Assembly (NCBI GenBank): GCA_964016885.1
Contig: OZ024760.1
Span: 30,566,001 to 30,630,000, forward strand
Direction of reading: 5' to 3'
From: Eledone cirrhosa
Lineage: Eukaryota
Length of the DNA stretch: 64,000 nucleotides
Position numbers and translations under genes: made by a program. Under the pieces are notes generated by a model, which ran no database searches, had not been told where the DNA came from, and was given only the letters and a program-made list of their open reading frames with translations. Below are positions 27,725 through 44,168 of the stretch, piece by piece (position 1 is the first letter of the stretch; every line of letters begins with the position of its first letter).

Positions 27725-30700
27725 GTAATGTGTAATGTGTAATGTGTAATGTAATGTAATGTAATGTAATGCAATGTAACGTAATGTAATGTGTAATGTA
27801 ATGTAATGTAATGTAATGTAATGTAATGTAATGTAATGTAATGTAACGTAATGTAATGTGTAATGTAATGTAATGTAATGTAACGTGTAAGTTAATGTAA
27901 TGTAATGTAATGTAATGTAATGTGTAATGTAATGTAATGTGTAATGTGTAATGTGTAATGTAATGTAATGTAATGTAATGTGTAATGTAATGTAATATAT
28001 AATGTAATGTAATGTAATGTAATATAATGTAATGTAATGTAATGTAATGTAATGTAATGTAATGTATTGTAATGTGTAATGTAATGTAATGTAATATAAT
28101 GTGTAAGTTAATGTAATGTAATGTAATGTAATGTAATGTAATGTAATGTAATGTAATGTAATGTAATGTAATGTGTAATGTAATGTAATGTAATGTAATG
28201 TAATGTAATGTAATGTAATGTAATGTGTAATGTAATGTAATGTAATGTAATATGTAATGTAATGTAATGTAATGTAATGTAATGTGTAATGTAATGTAAT
28301 GTAATGTAATGTAATATAATGTAACGTAATGTGTAATGTAATGTAATGTGTAACGTAATGTAATGTAATGTAATGTGTAATGTCATGTAATGTAATGTAA
28401 TGTGTAATGTAATGTAATGTAATGTAATGTAATGTGTAATGTAAGGTGATGTAATGTAATGTAATGCAATGTAATGTAATGTGTAATGTAATGTAATGTA
28501 ATGTAATCTAATGTAATGTAATGTATTGTAATGTAATGTAATGTAATGTAATGTAATGTAATGTAATGTAATGTAATGTAATGTAATATGTAATTTCATG
28601 TAATTTAATGTAATGTAATGTAATGTAATGTAATGTGTAATGTATAATGTAATGTAATGTAATGTAATGTAATGTAATGTAATGTAATGTAATGTAATGT
28701 GTAATGTAATGTGTAATGTAATGTAATGTAATGTAACGTTTAATGTAACGCAATGTAATGTAATGTAATGTGTAATGTAATGTGTAATGTAATGTAATGT
28801 AATTTAATGTAATGTAATGTAATGTAATGTAATGTGTAATGTGTAATGTAATGTGTAATGTAATGTAATGTAACGTAATGTAATGTAATGTAATATGTAA
28901 TGTAATGTGTAATGTAATGTAATGTAACGTAATGTAATGTAATGTGTAATGTAATGTTATGTAATGTAATGTAATGTAATGTAATGTAATGTAATGTGTA
29001 ATGTAATGTAATATGTAATGTAATGTAATGTATAATGTAATGTAATGTAATGTAATGTAATGTAATGTAATGTAATGTGTAATGTAACGTAATGTAATGT
29101 AATGTAATGTAATGTGTAATGTAATGTAATGTAATGTAATGTAATGTAATGTAATGTAATATAATGTAATGTGTAATGTATTGTAATGTAACGTAATGTA
29201 ATGTAATGTAATATGTAATGTAATGTAATGTAATGTGTAATGTAATGTGTAATGTAATGTAATGTAACGTAATGTAATGTAATGTGTAATGTAATGTTAT
29301 GTAATGTAACGTAATGTAATGTAATGTAATGTAATGTAATGTAATGTGTAATGTAATGTAATGTGTAACGTAATGTAATGTATAATGTAATGTAATGTAA
29401 TGTAATGTAATGTAATGTAATGTGTAACGTAATGTAATGTAATGTAATGTAATGTGTAATGTAACGTAATGCAATGTAATGTAATGTAATGTAATGTGTA
29501 ATGTAATGTAATGTAATGTAATGTAATGTAATGTAATGTGTAATGTAACGTAATGTAATGTAATGTAATGTAATGTGTAATGTAATGTAATGTAATGTAA
29601 TGTAATGTAATGTGTAATGTATTGTAATGTAATGTAATATAATGTAATGTAATGTAATGTATGTGTAATGTAATGTAATGTAATGTAATGTGTAATGTAA
29701 TGTAATGTAATGTAATGTGTAATGTAATGTAATGTAATGTAATGTAATGTAATGTAATGTAATGTGTAATGTAATGTAATGTAATGTAATGTATAATGTA
29801 ATGTTATGTAATGTAATGTAATGTAATGTAATGTAATGTAATGTAATGTAATGTAATGTAATGTATAATGTAAGGTAACGTAATGTAATGTAACGTAATG
29901 TAATGTAACGTAATGTAATGTGTAATATAATGTAATGTAATGTAATGTGTAATGTAACGTAATGTAATGTAATGTAATGTGTATTGTAATGTAATGTAAT
30001 GTAATGTAATGTAATGTGTAAGGTGTAATGTAATGTAATGTAATGTAATATAATGTAATGTGTAATGTAATGTAATGTAATGTGTAATGTAATGTAATGT
30101 AATGTGTAATGTAATGTAATGTAATGTAATGTAATGCAATGTAATGTAATGTAATGCAATGTAATGTAATGTAATGTAATGTAATGTAATGTAATGTAAT
30201 GTGTAATGTCATGTAATGTAATGTAATGTAATGTAATATAATGTAATGTAATGTAATGTAATGTAATGTAATGTAATGTGTAATGTAAGGTAACGTAATG
30301 TAATGTAATGTAATGTGTAATGTAATGTAATGTAATGTAATGTAATGTAATGTATAATGTAAGGTAACGTAATGTAATGTAACGTAATGTAATGTGTAAT
30401 ATAATGTAATGTAATGTGTAATGTAACGTAATGTAATGTAATGTAATGTAATGTGTATTGTAATGTAATGTAATGTAATGTAATGTAATGTAATGTAATG
30501 TAATGTGTAATGTAATGTAATGTAATGTAATGTAATGTGAAATATAATGTAATGTAATGTAATGTAATGTAATGTAACGTAATGTAATGTAATGTGTAAT
30601 ATAATGTAATGTAATGTAATGTAATGTAATGTAATGTAACGTAATGTAATGTAATGTGTAATATAATGTAATGTAATGTAATGTAATGTAATGTAATGTG

Positions 30701-33700
30701 TAATGTAATGTAATGTGTATGTAATGTAATGTATAATGTAATGTAATGTAATGTAATGTAATGTAATGTGTAATGTAATGTAATGTGTATGTAATGTAAT
30801 GTATAATGTAATGTAATATAATGTAATGTAATGTAATGTAATATAATGTAATGTGTAATGTAATGTGTAATGTAATGTAATGTAACGTAATGTAATGTAA
30901 TGTAACGTAATGTAATGTAATGTGTAATATAATGTAATGTAATGTAATGTAATGTAATGTAATGTGTAATGTAATGTAATGTGTATGTAATTTAATGTAT
31001 AATGTAATGTAATGTAATGTAATGTAACGTAATGTAATGTAATGTAATGTAATGTAATGTAATGTGTAATGTAATGTAATGTGATGTAATGTGTAATGTA
31101 ATGTAATGTAATGTAATGTAATGTGTAATGGAATGTAATGTAATGTAATGTAATGTAATGTAATGTAATGTGTAATGTAATGTAATGTAATGTAATGTAA
31201 TGTGTAATGTAATGTAATGTAATGTAATGTAATATAATATAATATAATATAATATAATATAATATAATATTATATAATATAACATAATATAATATGTAAT
31301 ATAATGTAATGTAATGTAATATAATGTAATGTAATGTGTAATGTAATGTAATGTAACGTAATGTAATGTAATGTAATGTGTAATGTAAGGTAACGTAATG
31401 TAATGTAATGTAATGTGTAATGTAATGTAATGTAAAGTAATGTGTAATGTAATGTAATGTAATGTAATGTAATGTAATGTGTAATGTAATGTAATGTAAT
31501 GTAATGTAATGTAATGTGTAATGTAATGTAATGTAATGTAATGTAATGTAATGTAATGTGTAATGCAATGTAATGTAATGTAATGTAACGTAATGTAATG
31601 TAATGTAATGTAATGTAATGTAACGTGTAATGTAATGTAATGTAATGTAATGTAATGTGTAATGTAATGTGTAATGTAATGTAATGTAATGTAATGTGTA
31701 ATGTAATGTAATGTAATGTAATGTAATGTAATGTAATGTGTAATGTAATGTAATGTAATGTAATGTAATGTGTAATGTAATGTAATGTAATGTAATGTAA
31801 TGTAATGTGTAATGTAATGTAATGTAATGTAATGTGTAATGTAATGTAATGTAATGTAATGTGTAATGTCATGTAATGTAATGTAATGTGTAATGTAATG
31901 TAATGTAATGTCATGTAATGTAATGTGTAATGTAAGGTAATGTAATGTAATGCAATGTAATGTAATGTGTAATGTAATGTAATGTAATGTAATGTAATCT
32001 AATGTAATGTAATGTATTGTAATGTAATGTGTAATGTAATGTAATGTAATGTAATGTAATGTAATGTAATGTAATGTGTAATGTAATGTAATGTAATGTA
32101 ATGTGTAATTTCATTTAATGTAATGTAATGTAATGTAATGTAATGTAATGTAGTGTAATGTAATGTGTAATGTAATGTGTAATGTAATGTAATGTAATGT
32201 AATATAATCTAATGTAATGTAATCTAATGTGTAAAGTAATGTAATGTAATATAATGTAATGAGTAATGTAATGTAATGTAATGTAATGTAATGTAATGTA
32301 ATGTAATGTGTAACATAACGTAATGTAATGTAATGTAATGTAATGTAATGTGTAATGTGTAATGTGTAATGTAATGTAATGTAATGTAATGTAATGTGTA
32401 ATGTAATGTAATGTAACGTAATGTAATGTAATGTAATGTAATGTGTAATGTAATGTAATGTAATGTAATATAATGTAAAGTGTAATGTATTGTAATGTAA
32501 TGTAATGTGTAATGTAATGTAATGTAATGTAATGTAATATAATGTAATGTAATGTAATGTAATGTAATATAATGTAATGTAATGTAATGTAATGTAATGT
32601 AATGTAGTGTAATATAATGTAATATAATGTAATGTGTAATGTAATGTAATGTAATGTAATGTGTAATGTAATGTAATGTAATGTAATGTGTAATGTCATG
32701 TAATGTAATGTAATGTAATGTGTAATTTAATGTAATGTAATGTATTGTAATGTAATGTAATGTAATGTAATGTAATGTAATGTAATGTAATGTAATGTAA
32801 TGTAATGTAATGTAATGTAATGTAATGTATGGTAATGTGATGTAATGTAATGTAATGTGATGTAATATAATGTGTAATGTAATGTAATGTAATGTAATGT
32901 GTCATGTAATGAAATGTAATGTGTAATGTAATGTAATGTAATGTAATGTGTAATGTAAGGTAACGTAATGTAATGTAATGTAATGTGTAATGTAATGTAA
33001 TGTAAAGTAATGTGTAATGTAATGTAATGTAATGTAATGTAATGTGTAATGTAATGTAATGTAACGTAATGTAATGTAATGTAATGTGTAATGTAATGTA
33101 ATGTAATGTAATGTAATGTAATGTAATGTGTAATGCAATGTAATGTAATGTAATGTAACGTAATGTAATGTAATGTAATGTAATGTAATGTAATGTAATG
33201 TGTAATGTAATGTAATGTAATGTAATGTAATGTAATGTGTAATGTAATGTAATGTAATGTAATGTGTAATGTAATGTAATGTAATGTAATGTGTAATGTC
33301 ATGTAATGTAATGTAATGTGTAATGTAATGTAATGTAATGTCATGTAATGTAATGTGTAATGTAAGGTAATGTAATGTAATGCAATGTAATGTAATGTGT
33401 AATGTAATGTAATGTAATGTAATCTAATGTAATGTAATGTATTGTAATGTAATGTGTAATGTAATGTAATGTAATGTAATGTAATGTAATGTAATGTAAT
33501 GTAATGTAATGTGTAATGTAATGTAATGTAATGTAATGTGTAATTTCATTTAATGTAATGTAATGTAATGTAATGTAGTGTAATGTAATGTGTAATGTAA
33601 TGTGTAATGTAATGTAATGTAATGTAATATAATCTAATGTAATGTAATCTAATGTGTAAAGTAATGTAATGTAATATAATGTAATGAGTAATGTAATGTA

Positions 33701-36700
33701 ATGTAATGTAATGTAATGTAATGTAATGTAATGTGTAACATAACGTAATGTAATGTAATGTAATGTAATGTAATGTGTAATGTGTAATGTGTAATGTAAT
33801 GTAATGTAATGTAATGTAATGTGTAATGTAATGTAATGTAACGTAATGTAATGTAATGTAATGTAATGTGTAATGTAATGTAATGTAATGTAATATAATG
33901 TAAAGTGTAACGTATTGTAATGTAATGTAATGTGTAATGTAATGTAATGTAATGTAATGTAATGTAATATAATGTAATGTAATGTAATGTAATGTAATGT
34001 AATGTAGTGTAATATAATGTAATATAATGTAATGTGTAATGTAATGTAATGTAATGTAATGTGTAATGTAATGTAATGTAATGTAATGTGTAATGTCATG
34101 TAATGTAATGTAATGTAATGTGTAATTTAATGTAATGTAATGTAATGTAATGTAATGTAATGTAATGTAATGTAATGTAATGTAATGTAATGTAATGTAA
34201 TGTAATGTAATGTATGGTAATGTAATGTAATGTAATGTAATGTAATGTAATGTAATGTAATGTATGGTAATGTAATGTAATGTAATGTAATGTGTAATGG
34301 AATGTAATGTAATGTAATGTAATGTATTGTAATGTAATGTAATGTGTAATGTAATGTAATGTAATGTAATGTAATGTAATGTAATGTAATGTAATGTAAT
34401 GTAATGTAATGTAATGTAATGTATGGTAATGTAATGTAATGTGTAATGTAAGGTAACGTAATGTAATGTAATGTGTAATGTAATGTAATGTAATGTGTAA
34501 TTTAATGTAATGTAATGTAATGTAATGTAATGTAATGTGTAATGTAATGTGTAATATAATTTAATGTAATGTAATGTAATATAATGTAATGTGTAATGTA
34601 ATGTGTAACGTAATGTAATGTAACGTAATGTAATGTACTGTGTAATGTAATGTAATGTAATGTAATGTACAGTAATGTAATGTGTAATGTAATGTAATGT
34701 GTAATGTAATGTAATGTATAATGTAATGTAATGTAATGTAATGTAATGTGTAACGTAATGTGTAACGTAATGTAATGTAATGTAATGTAATTTAATGTAA
34801 TGTGTAATGTGTAACGTGTAATGTAATGTAATGTAATGTAATGTAATGTAATGTGTAATGTAATGTAATGTAATGTAATGTAATGTAATGTAATGTGTAA
34901 TGTGTAACGTGTAATGTAATGTAATGTAATGTAATGTAATGTAATGTAATGTAATGTGTAATGTAATGTAATGTAATGTAATGTGAAATGTAATGTAATG
35001 TAATGTAATGTAATGTGTAATGTAATGTAATGTAATGTGTAATGTAATGTAATGTAATGTTATGTAATGTGTAATGTAATGTAATGTAATGTAATGTGTA
35101 ATGTAATGTAATGTAATGTAATGTAATATAATGTAATGTAATGTGTAATGTAATGTAATGTAATGTGTAATGTAATGTAATGTGTAATGTAATGTAATGT
35201 AATGTAATGTAATGTGTGATGTCATGTCATGTAATGTAATGTAATGCGTAATGTAATGTAATGTAATGTAATGTAATATGTAATGTAAGGTAACGTAATG
35301 TAATGTAATGTAATGTAATGTGTAATGTAATGTAATGTAATGTAATGTGTAATTTAATGTAATGTAATGAAATGTAATGTAACGTAATGTTTAATGTAAT
35401 GTAATGTAATGTAATGTAATGTAATGTAATGTAATGTGTAATGTGTAATGTAATGTAATGTAATGTAATGTGTAATGTAATGTAATGTAATGTAATGTAA
35501 TGTAATGTAATGTAATGTAATGTATGGTAATGTAATGTAATGTAATGTGTAATGTAATGTAATGTAATGTAATGTAATGTAATGTAATGTAAGTAATGTA
35601 CTGTGTAATATCATGTAATGTAATATGAAGTGTAATGTAATGTAATGTAATGTAATGTAATGTAATGTGTAATGTGTAATGTAATGTAATGTAATGTAAT
35701 ATAATGTAATGCAATGTAATGTAATGTGTAAAGTAATGTAATGTAATATAATGTAACGTGTAATGTAATGTAATGTAATGTAATGTAATGTAATGTGTAA
35801 TGTAATGTAATGTGTAATGTAATGTAATGTACTGTGTAATGTCATGTAATGTAATATGAAGTGTAATGTAATGTAATGTAATGTAATGTAACGTGAATAT
35901 GTAACGTAATGTAATGTAATCTAACGTGTAATGTAATGTAATGTAATGTAATGTAATGTAATGTAATGTAATGTAATGTCTAGTGTAATGTAACGTAATG
36001 TAATGTAATGTGTAATGTAATGTAATGTAATGTAATGTGTAATGTAATGTGTAATGTAATGTAATGTAATGTAATGTAATGTAATGTGTAATGTAATGTG
36101 TAATGTAATGTAATGTAACGTAATGTAATGTAATGTAACGTAATGTAATGTAACGTAATGTAATGTAATGTGTAATATAATGTAATGTAATGTAATGTAA
36201 TGTAATGTGTAATGTAATGTAATGTGTAATGTAATGTAATGTATAATGTAATGTAATGTAATGTAACGTAACGTAACGTAATGTAATGTAATGTAATGTA
36301 ATGTAATGCGTAATGTAATGTAATGTGATGTAATGTGTAATGTAATGTAATGTAATGTAATGTAATGTGTAATGTAATGTAATGTAATGTAATGTAATGT
36401 AATGTAATATAATGTGTAATGTAATGTAATGTAATGTAATGTGTCATGTAATGTAATGTAATGTGTAATGTAATGTAATGTAATGTAATGTGTAATGTAA
36501 GGTAACGTAATGTAATGTAATGTAATGTGTAATGTAATGTAATGTGTAATGTAATGTAATGTAATGTAATGTAATGTAATGTGTAATGTAATGTAATGTA
36601 ATGTAATGTAACGTAATGTAATGTAATGTAATGTAATGTAATGTAATGTAATGTAATGTAATGTGTAATGTAATGTAATGTAATGTAATGTAATGTGTAA

Positions 36701-37749
36701 TGTAATGTGTAATGTAATGTAATGTAATGTAATGCGTAATGTAATGTAATGTAATGTAATGTAATGTAATGTAATGTGTAATGTAATGTAATGTAATGTA
36801 ATGTAATGTGTAATGTAATGTAATGTAATGTAATGTAATGTGTAATGTAATGTAATGTAATGTAATGTGTAATGTCATGTAATGTAATGTAATGTGTAAT
36901 GTAATGTAATGTAATGTCATGTAATGTAATGTGTAATGTAAGGTAATGTAATGTAATGCAATGTAATGTAATGTGTAATGTAATGTAATGTAATGTAATG
37001 TAATGTATTGTAATGTGTAATGTAATGTAATGTAATGTAATGTAATGTAATGTAATGTAATGTGTAATGTAATGTAATGTAATGTAATGTGTAATGTAAT
37101 GTAATGTAATGTAATGTAACGTAATGTAATGTAATGTAGTGTAATGTAATGTGTAATGTAATGTGTAATGTAATGTAATGTAATGTAATATAATCTAATG
37201 TAATGTAATCTAATGTGTAAAGTAATGTAATATAATGTAATGAGTAATGTAATGTAATGTAATGTAATGTGTAACGTAACGTAATGTAATGTAATGTAAT
37301 GTAATGTAATGTGTAATGTGTAATGTGTAATGTAATGTAATGTAATGTAATGTAATGTAATGTGTAATGTAATGTAATGTAATGTAATGTAATGTAATGT
37401 AATGTAATGTGTAATGTAATGTAATGTAATGTAATATAATGTAAAGTGTAACGTAATGTAATGTAATGTAATGTGTAATGTAATGTAATGTAATGTAATG
37501 TAATATAATGTAATGTAATGTAATGTAATGTAATGTAGTGTAATATAATGTAATATAATGTAATGTGTAATGTAATGTAATGTAATGTGTAATGTAATGT
37601 AATGTAATGTAATGTAATGTAATGTAATGTAATGTGTAATGTCATGTAATGTAATGTAATTGAATGTAATGTAATGTGTAATGTAAGGTAACGTAATGTA
37701 ATGTAATGTAATGTAATGTGTAATGTAATGTGATGTAATGTAATGTGTA

Positions 37750-39870
37750 ATTTAATGTAATGTAATGTAATGTAATGTAATGTAATGTGTAATGTAATGT
37801 AATGTAATGTAATGTAATGTGTAATGTAATGTAATGTAATGTAATGTAATGTAATGTAATGTATGGTAATGTAATGTAATGTAATGTAATGTGTAATGGA
37901 ATGTAATGTAATGTAATGTAATGTAATATAATGTGTAATGTAATGTAATGTAATGTAATGTAATGTAATGTAATGTGTAATGTAATGTAATGTAATGTAA
38001 TGTAATGTAATGTAATGTAATGTAATGTAATGTAATGTAATGTGTAATGTAATGTAATGTAACGTAATGTAATGTAATGTAATGTAATGTGTAATGTAAT
38101 GTAATGTAATGTAATGTAATGTAATGTCTAATGTAATGTATGTAATGTAATGTAATGTGTAATGTAATGTAATGTAATGTAATGTAATGTGTAATGTAAT
38201 GTGTAATATAATTTAATGTAATGTAATGTAATGTAATGTAATGTAATGTAATGTGTAATGTAATGTGTAACGTAATGTAATGTAACGTAATGTAATGTAC
38301 TGTGTAATGTAATGTAATGTAATGTAATGTAATGTAATGTACAGTAATGTAATGTGTAATGTAATGTAATGTGTAATGTAATGTAATGTATAATGTAATG
38401 TAATGTAATGTAATGTAATGTGTAACGTAATGTGTAACGTAATGTAATGTAATGTAATGTAATGTAATGTAATGTAATGTAAAGTGTAATGTGTAACGTG
38501 TAATGTAATGTAATGTAATGTAATGTAATGTAATGTAATGTAATGTGTAATGTAATGTAATGTAATGTAATGTAATGTGTAATGTGTAACGTGTAATGTA
38601 ATGTAATGTAATGTAATGTAATGTAATGTAATATAATGTAATGTAATGTGTAATGTAATGTAATGTAATGTAATGTGAAATGTAATGTAATGTAATGTAA
38701 TGTAATGTAATGTGTAATGTAATGTAATGTAATGTGTAATGTAATGTAATGTAATGTAATGTAATGTAATGTAATGTAATGTAATGTAATGTGTAATTTA
38801 ATGTAATGTAATGTAATGTAATGTAATGTAATGTGTAATGTAATGTAATGTAATGTAATGTAATGTGTAATGTAATGTAATGTAATGTAATGTAATGTAA
38901 TGTAATGTATGGTAATGTAATGTAATGTAATGTAATGTGTAATGGAATGTAATGTAATGTAATGTAATGTAATATAATGTGTAATGTAATGTAATGTAAT
39001 GTAATGTAATGTAATGTAATGTGTAATGTAATGTAATGTAATGTAATATAATATAATATAATATAATATAATATAATATAATATAACATAATATGTAATG
39101 TAATGTAATGTAATGTAATGTAATGTAATGTAATGTGTAATGTAATGTAATGTAATGTAATGTAATGTAATGTAATGTAATGTAATGTGTAATGTAATGT
39201 AATGTAACGTAATGTAATGTAATGTAATGTAATGTGTAATGTAATGTAATGTAATGTAATGTAATGTAATGTCTAATGTAATGTATGTAATGTAATGTAA
39301 TGTAATGTGTAATGTAATGTAATGTAATGTAATGTAATGTGTAATGTAATGTGTAATATAATTTAATGTAATGTAATGTAATGTAATGTAATGTAATGTA
39401 ATGTGTAATGTAATGTGTAACGTAATGTAATGTAACGTAATGTAATGTACTGTGTAATGTAATGTAATGTAATGTAATGTAATGTAATGTACAGTAATGT
39501 AATGTGTAATGTAATGTAATGTGTAATGTAATGTAATGTATAATGTAATGTAATGTAATGTAATGTAATGTGTAACGTAATGTGTAACGTAATGTAATGT
39601 AATGTAATGTAATGTAATGTAATGTAATGTAAAGTGTAATGTGTAACGTGTAATGTAATGTAATGTAATGTAATGTAATGTAATGTAATGTGTAATGTAA
39701 TGTAATGTAATGTAATGTAATGTAATGTGTAATGTGTAACGTGTAATGTAATGTAATGTAATGTAATGTAATGTAATGTAATATAATGTAATGTAATGTG
39801 TAATGTAATGTAATGTAATGTAATGTGAAATGTAATGTAATGTAATGTAATGTAATGTAATGTGTAATGT
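37750..39870. repeat. Local tandem duplication of about 1.05-1.15 kb
   Basis: TATGG 37862/38908; GTCTAATGTAATGTATG 38126/39271; GTACAG 38339/39489; GTGAAA 38675/39825. Confidence 0.8.
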
Positions 39871-42800
39871 AAATGTAATGTTATGTGTAATGTAATGTAA
39901 TGTAATGTAATGTAATGTAATGTAATGTGTAATGTAATGTAATGTAATATAATGTGTAATGTAATGTAATGTAATGTAATATAATGTAATGTAATGTGTA
40001 ATGTAATGTAATGTAATGTAATGTGAAATGTAATGTAATGTAATGTAATGTGTAATGTAATGTAATGTAATGTAATGTAATGTGTAATGTCATGTCATGT
40101 AATGTAATGTAATGTGTAATGTAATGTAATGTAATGTAATATGTAATGTAAGGTAACGTAATGTAATGTAATGTAATGTAATGTAATGTGTAATGTAATG
40201 TAATGTAATGTAATGTGTAATTTAATGTAATGTAATGAAATGTAATGTAACGTAATGTTTAATGTAATGTAATGTAATGTAATGTGTAATGTGTAATGTA
40301 ATGTAATGTAATGTAATGTGTAATGTAATGTAATATAATGTAATGTAATGTAATGTAATGTAATGTATGGTAATGTAATGTAATGTGTAATGTAATGTAA
40401 TGTAATGTAATGTAATGTAATGTAATGTAATGTAATGTAAGTAATGTACTGTGTAATGTCATGTAATGTAATATGAAGTGTAATGTAATGTAATGTAATG
40501 TAAAGTAATGTAACGTGTAATGTAACGTAATGTAATGTAATCTAACGTGTAATGTAATGTAACGTAATGTAATGTAATGTAATGCAATGTAATGTAATGT
40601 GTAAAGTAATGTAATGTAATATAATGTAACGTGTAATGTAATGTAATGTAATGTAATGTAATGTGTAATGTAATGTAATGTGTAATGTAATGTAATGTAC
40701 TGTGTAATGTCATGTAATGTAATATGAAGTGTAATGTAACGTAATGTAATGTAATCTAACGTGTAATGTAATGTAATGTAATGTAATGTAATGTAATGTA
40801 ATGTAATGTAATGTAATGTCTAGTGTAATGTAACGTAATGTAATTTAATGTGTAATGTAATGTAATGTAATGTAATGTAATGTAATGTAATGTAATATAA
40901 TGTAATGTGTAATGTAATGTGTAATGTAATGTAATGTAACGTAATGTAATGTACTGTAACGTAATGTAATGTAATGTGTAATATAATGTAATGTAATGTA
41001 ATGTAATGTAATGTAATGTGTAATGTAATGTAATGTGTATGTAATGTAATGTATAATGTAATGTAATGTAATGTAATGTAACGTAATGTAATGTAATGTA
41101 ATGTAATGTAATGTAATGTGTAATGTAATGTAATGTGATGTAATGTGTAATGTAATGTAATGTAATGTAATGTAATGTAATATAATGTAATGTAATATAA
41201 TGTAATGTAATGTGTAATGTAATGTAATGTAATGTAATGTGATGTAATATAATGTGTAATGTAATGTAATGTAATGTAATGTGTCATGTAATGTAATGTA
41301 ATGTAATGTGTAATGTAATGTAATGTAATGTAATGTGTAATGTAAGGTAACGTAATGTAATGTAATGTAATGTGTAATGTAATGTAATGTAAAGTAATGT
41401 GTAATGTAATGTAATGTAATGTAATGTAATGTAATGTGTAATGTAATGTAATGTAACGTAATGTAATGTAATGTAATGTGTAATGTAATGTAATGTAATG
41501 TAATGTAATGTAATGTAATGTGTAATGCAATGTAATGTAATGTAATGTAACGTAATGTAATGTAATGTAATGTAATGTAATGTAACGTGTAATGTAATGT
41601 AATGTAATGTAATGTAATGTGTAATGTAATGTGTAATGTAATGTAATGTAATGTAATGTGTAATGTAATGTAATGTAATGTAATGTAATGTAATGTAATG
41701 TGTAATGTAATGTAATGTAATGTAATGTAATGTGTAATGTAATGTAATGTAATGTAATGTAATGTAATGTAATGTGTAATGTAATGTAATGTAATGTAAT
41801 GTGTAATGTAATGTAATGTAATGTAATGTGTAATGTCATGTAATGTAATGTAATGTGTAATGTAATGTAATGTAATGTCATGTAATGTAATGTGTAATGT
41901 AAGGTAATGTAATGTAATGCAATGTAATGTAATGTGTAATGTAATGTAATGTAATGTAATGTAATCTAATGTAATGTAATGTATTGTAATGTAATGTGTA
42001 ATGTAATGTAATGTAATGTAATGTAATGTAATGTAATGTAATGTAATGTAATGTAATGTGTAATGTAATGTAATGTAATGTAATGTGTAATTTCATTTAA
42101 TGTAATGTAATGTAATGTAATGTAATGTAATGTAGTGTAATGTAATGTGTAATGTAATGTGTAATGTAATGTAATGTAATGTAATATAATCTAATGTAAT
42201 GTAATCTAATGTGTAAAGTAATGTAATGTAATATAATGTAATGAGTAATGTAATGTAATGTAATGTAATGTAATGTAATGTAATGTGTAACATAACGTAA
42301 TGTAATGTAATGTAATGTAATGTAATGTGTAATGTGTAATGTGTAATGTAATGTAATGTAATGTAATGTGTAATGTAATGTAATGTAACGTAATGTAATG
42401 TAATGTAATGTAATGTGTAATGTAATGTAATGTAATGTAATATAATGTAAAGTGTAATGTATTGTAATGTAATGTAATGTGTAATGTAATGTAATGTAAT
42501 GTAATGTAATATAATGTAATGTAATGTAGTGTAATGTAATGTAATGTAGTGTAATATAATGTAATATAATGTAATGTATAATGTAATGTAATGTAATGTA
42601 ATGTGTAATGTAATGTAATGTAATGTAATGTGTAATGTCATGTAATGTAATGTAATGTAATGTGTAATTTAATGTAATGTAATGTATTGTAATGTAATGT
42701 AATGTAATGTAATGTAATGTAATGTAATGTAATGTAATGTAATGTAATGTAATGTAATGTAATGTAATGTAATGTATAATGTAATGTAATGTAATGTAAT

Positions 42801-44168
42801 GTAATGTAATGTAATGTAATGTAATGTAATGTAATGTAATGTAATGTAATGTAACGTAATGTAATGTAATGTAATGTAATGTATGGTAATGTAATGTAAT
42901 GTAATGTAATGTGATGTAATATAATGTGTAATGTAATGTAATGTAATGTAATGTGTCATGTAATGTAATGTAATGTGTAATGTAATGTAATGTAATGTAA
43001 TGTGTAATGTAAGGTAACGTAATGTAATGTAATGTAATGTGTAATGTAATGTAATGTAAAGTAATGTGTAATGTAATGTAATGTAATGTAATGTAATGTA
43101 ATGTGTAATGTAATGTAATGTAACGTAATGTAATGTAATGTAATGTGTAATGTAATGTAATGTAATGTAATGTAATGTAATGTGTAATGCAATGTAATGG
43201 AATGTAATGTAACGTAATGTAATGTAATGTAATGTAATGTAATGTAACGTGTAATGTAATGTAATGTAATGTAATGTAATGTAATGTGTAATGTAATGTG
43301 TAATGTAATGTAATGTAATGTAATGTGTAATGTAATGTAATGTAATGTAATGTAATGTGTAATGTAATGTAATGTAATGTAATGTAATGTGTAATGTAAT
43401 GTAATGTAATGTAATGTAATGTAATGTGTAATGTAATGTAATGTAATGTAATGTGTAATGTAATGTAATGTAATGTAATGTGTAATGTCATGTAATGTAA
43501 TGTAATGTGTAATGTAATGTAATGTAATGTCATGTAATGTAATGTGTAATGTAAGGTAATGTAATGTAATGCAATGTAATGTAATGTGTAATGTAATGTA
43601 ATGTAATGTAATGTAATCTAATGTAATGTAATGTATTGTAATGTAATGTGTAATGTAATGTAATGTAATGTAATGAAATGTAATGTAATGTAATGTAATG
43701 TAATGTGTAATGTAATGTAATGTAATGTAATGTGTAATTTCATTTAATGTAATGTAATGTAATGTAATGTAATGTAGTGTAATGTAATGTGTAATGTAAT
43801 GTGTAATGTAATGTAATGTAATGTAATATAATCTAATGTAATGTAATCTAATGTGTAAAGTAATGTAATGTAATATAATGTAATGAGTAATGTAATGTAA
43901 TGTAATGTAATGTAATGTAATGTAATGTAATGTGTAACATAACGTAATGTAATGTAATGTAATGTAATGTAATGTGTAATGTGTAATGTGTAATGTAATG
44001 TAATGTAATGTAATGTAATGTGTAATGTAATGTAATGTAACGTAATGTAATGTAATGTAATGTAATGTGTAATGTAATGTAATGTAATGTAATATAATGT
44101 AAAGTGTAACGTATTGTAATGTAATGTAATGTGTAATGTAATGTAATGTAATGTAATGTAATGTAATA

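Larger units (their letters stand above)
19330..30630. repeat. Tandem duplication of an approximately 5.6 kb block containing a full SINE and a SINE fragment
   Basis: Offsets: full SINE 5610; fragment 5578; AACGTTTAATGTAACGCAAT about 23135/28735; GTGAAATATA about 24887/30537. Boundaries are approximate. Confidence 0.88.
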
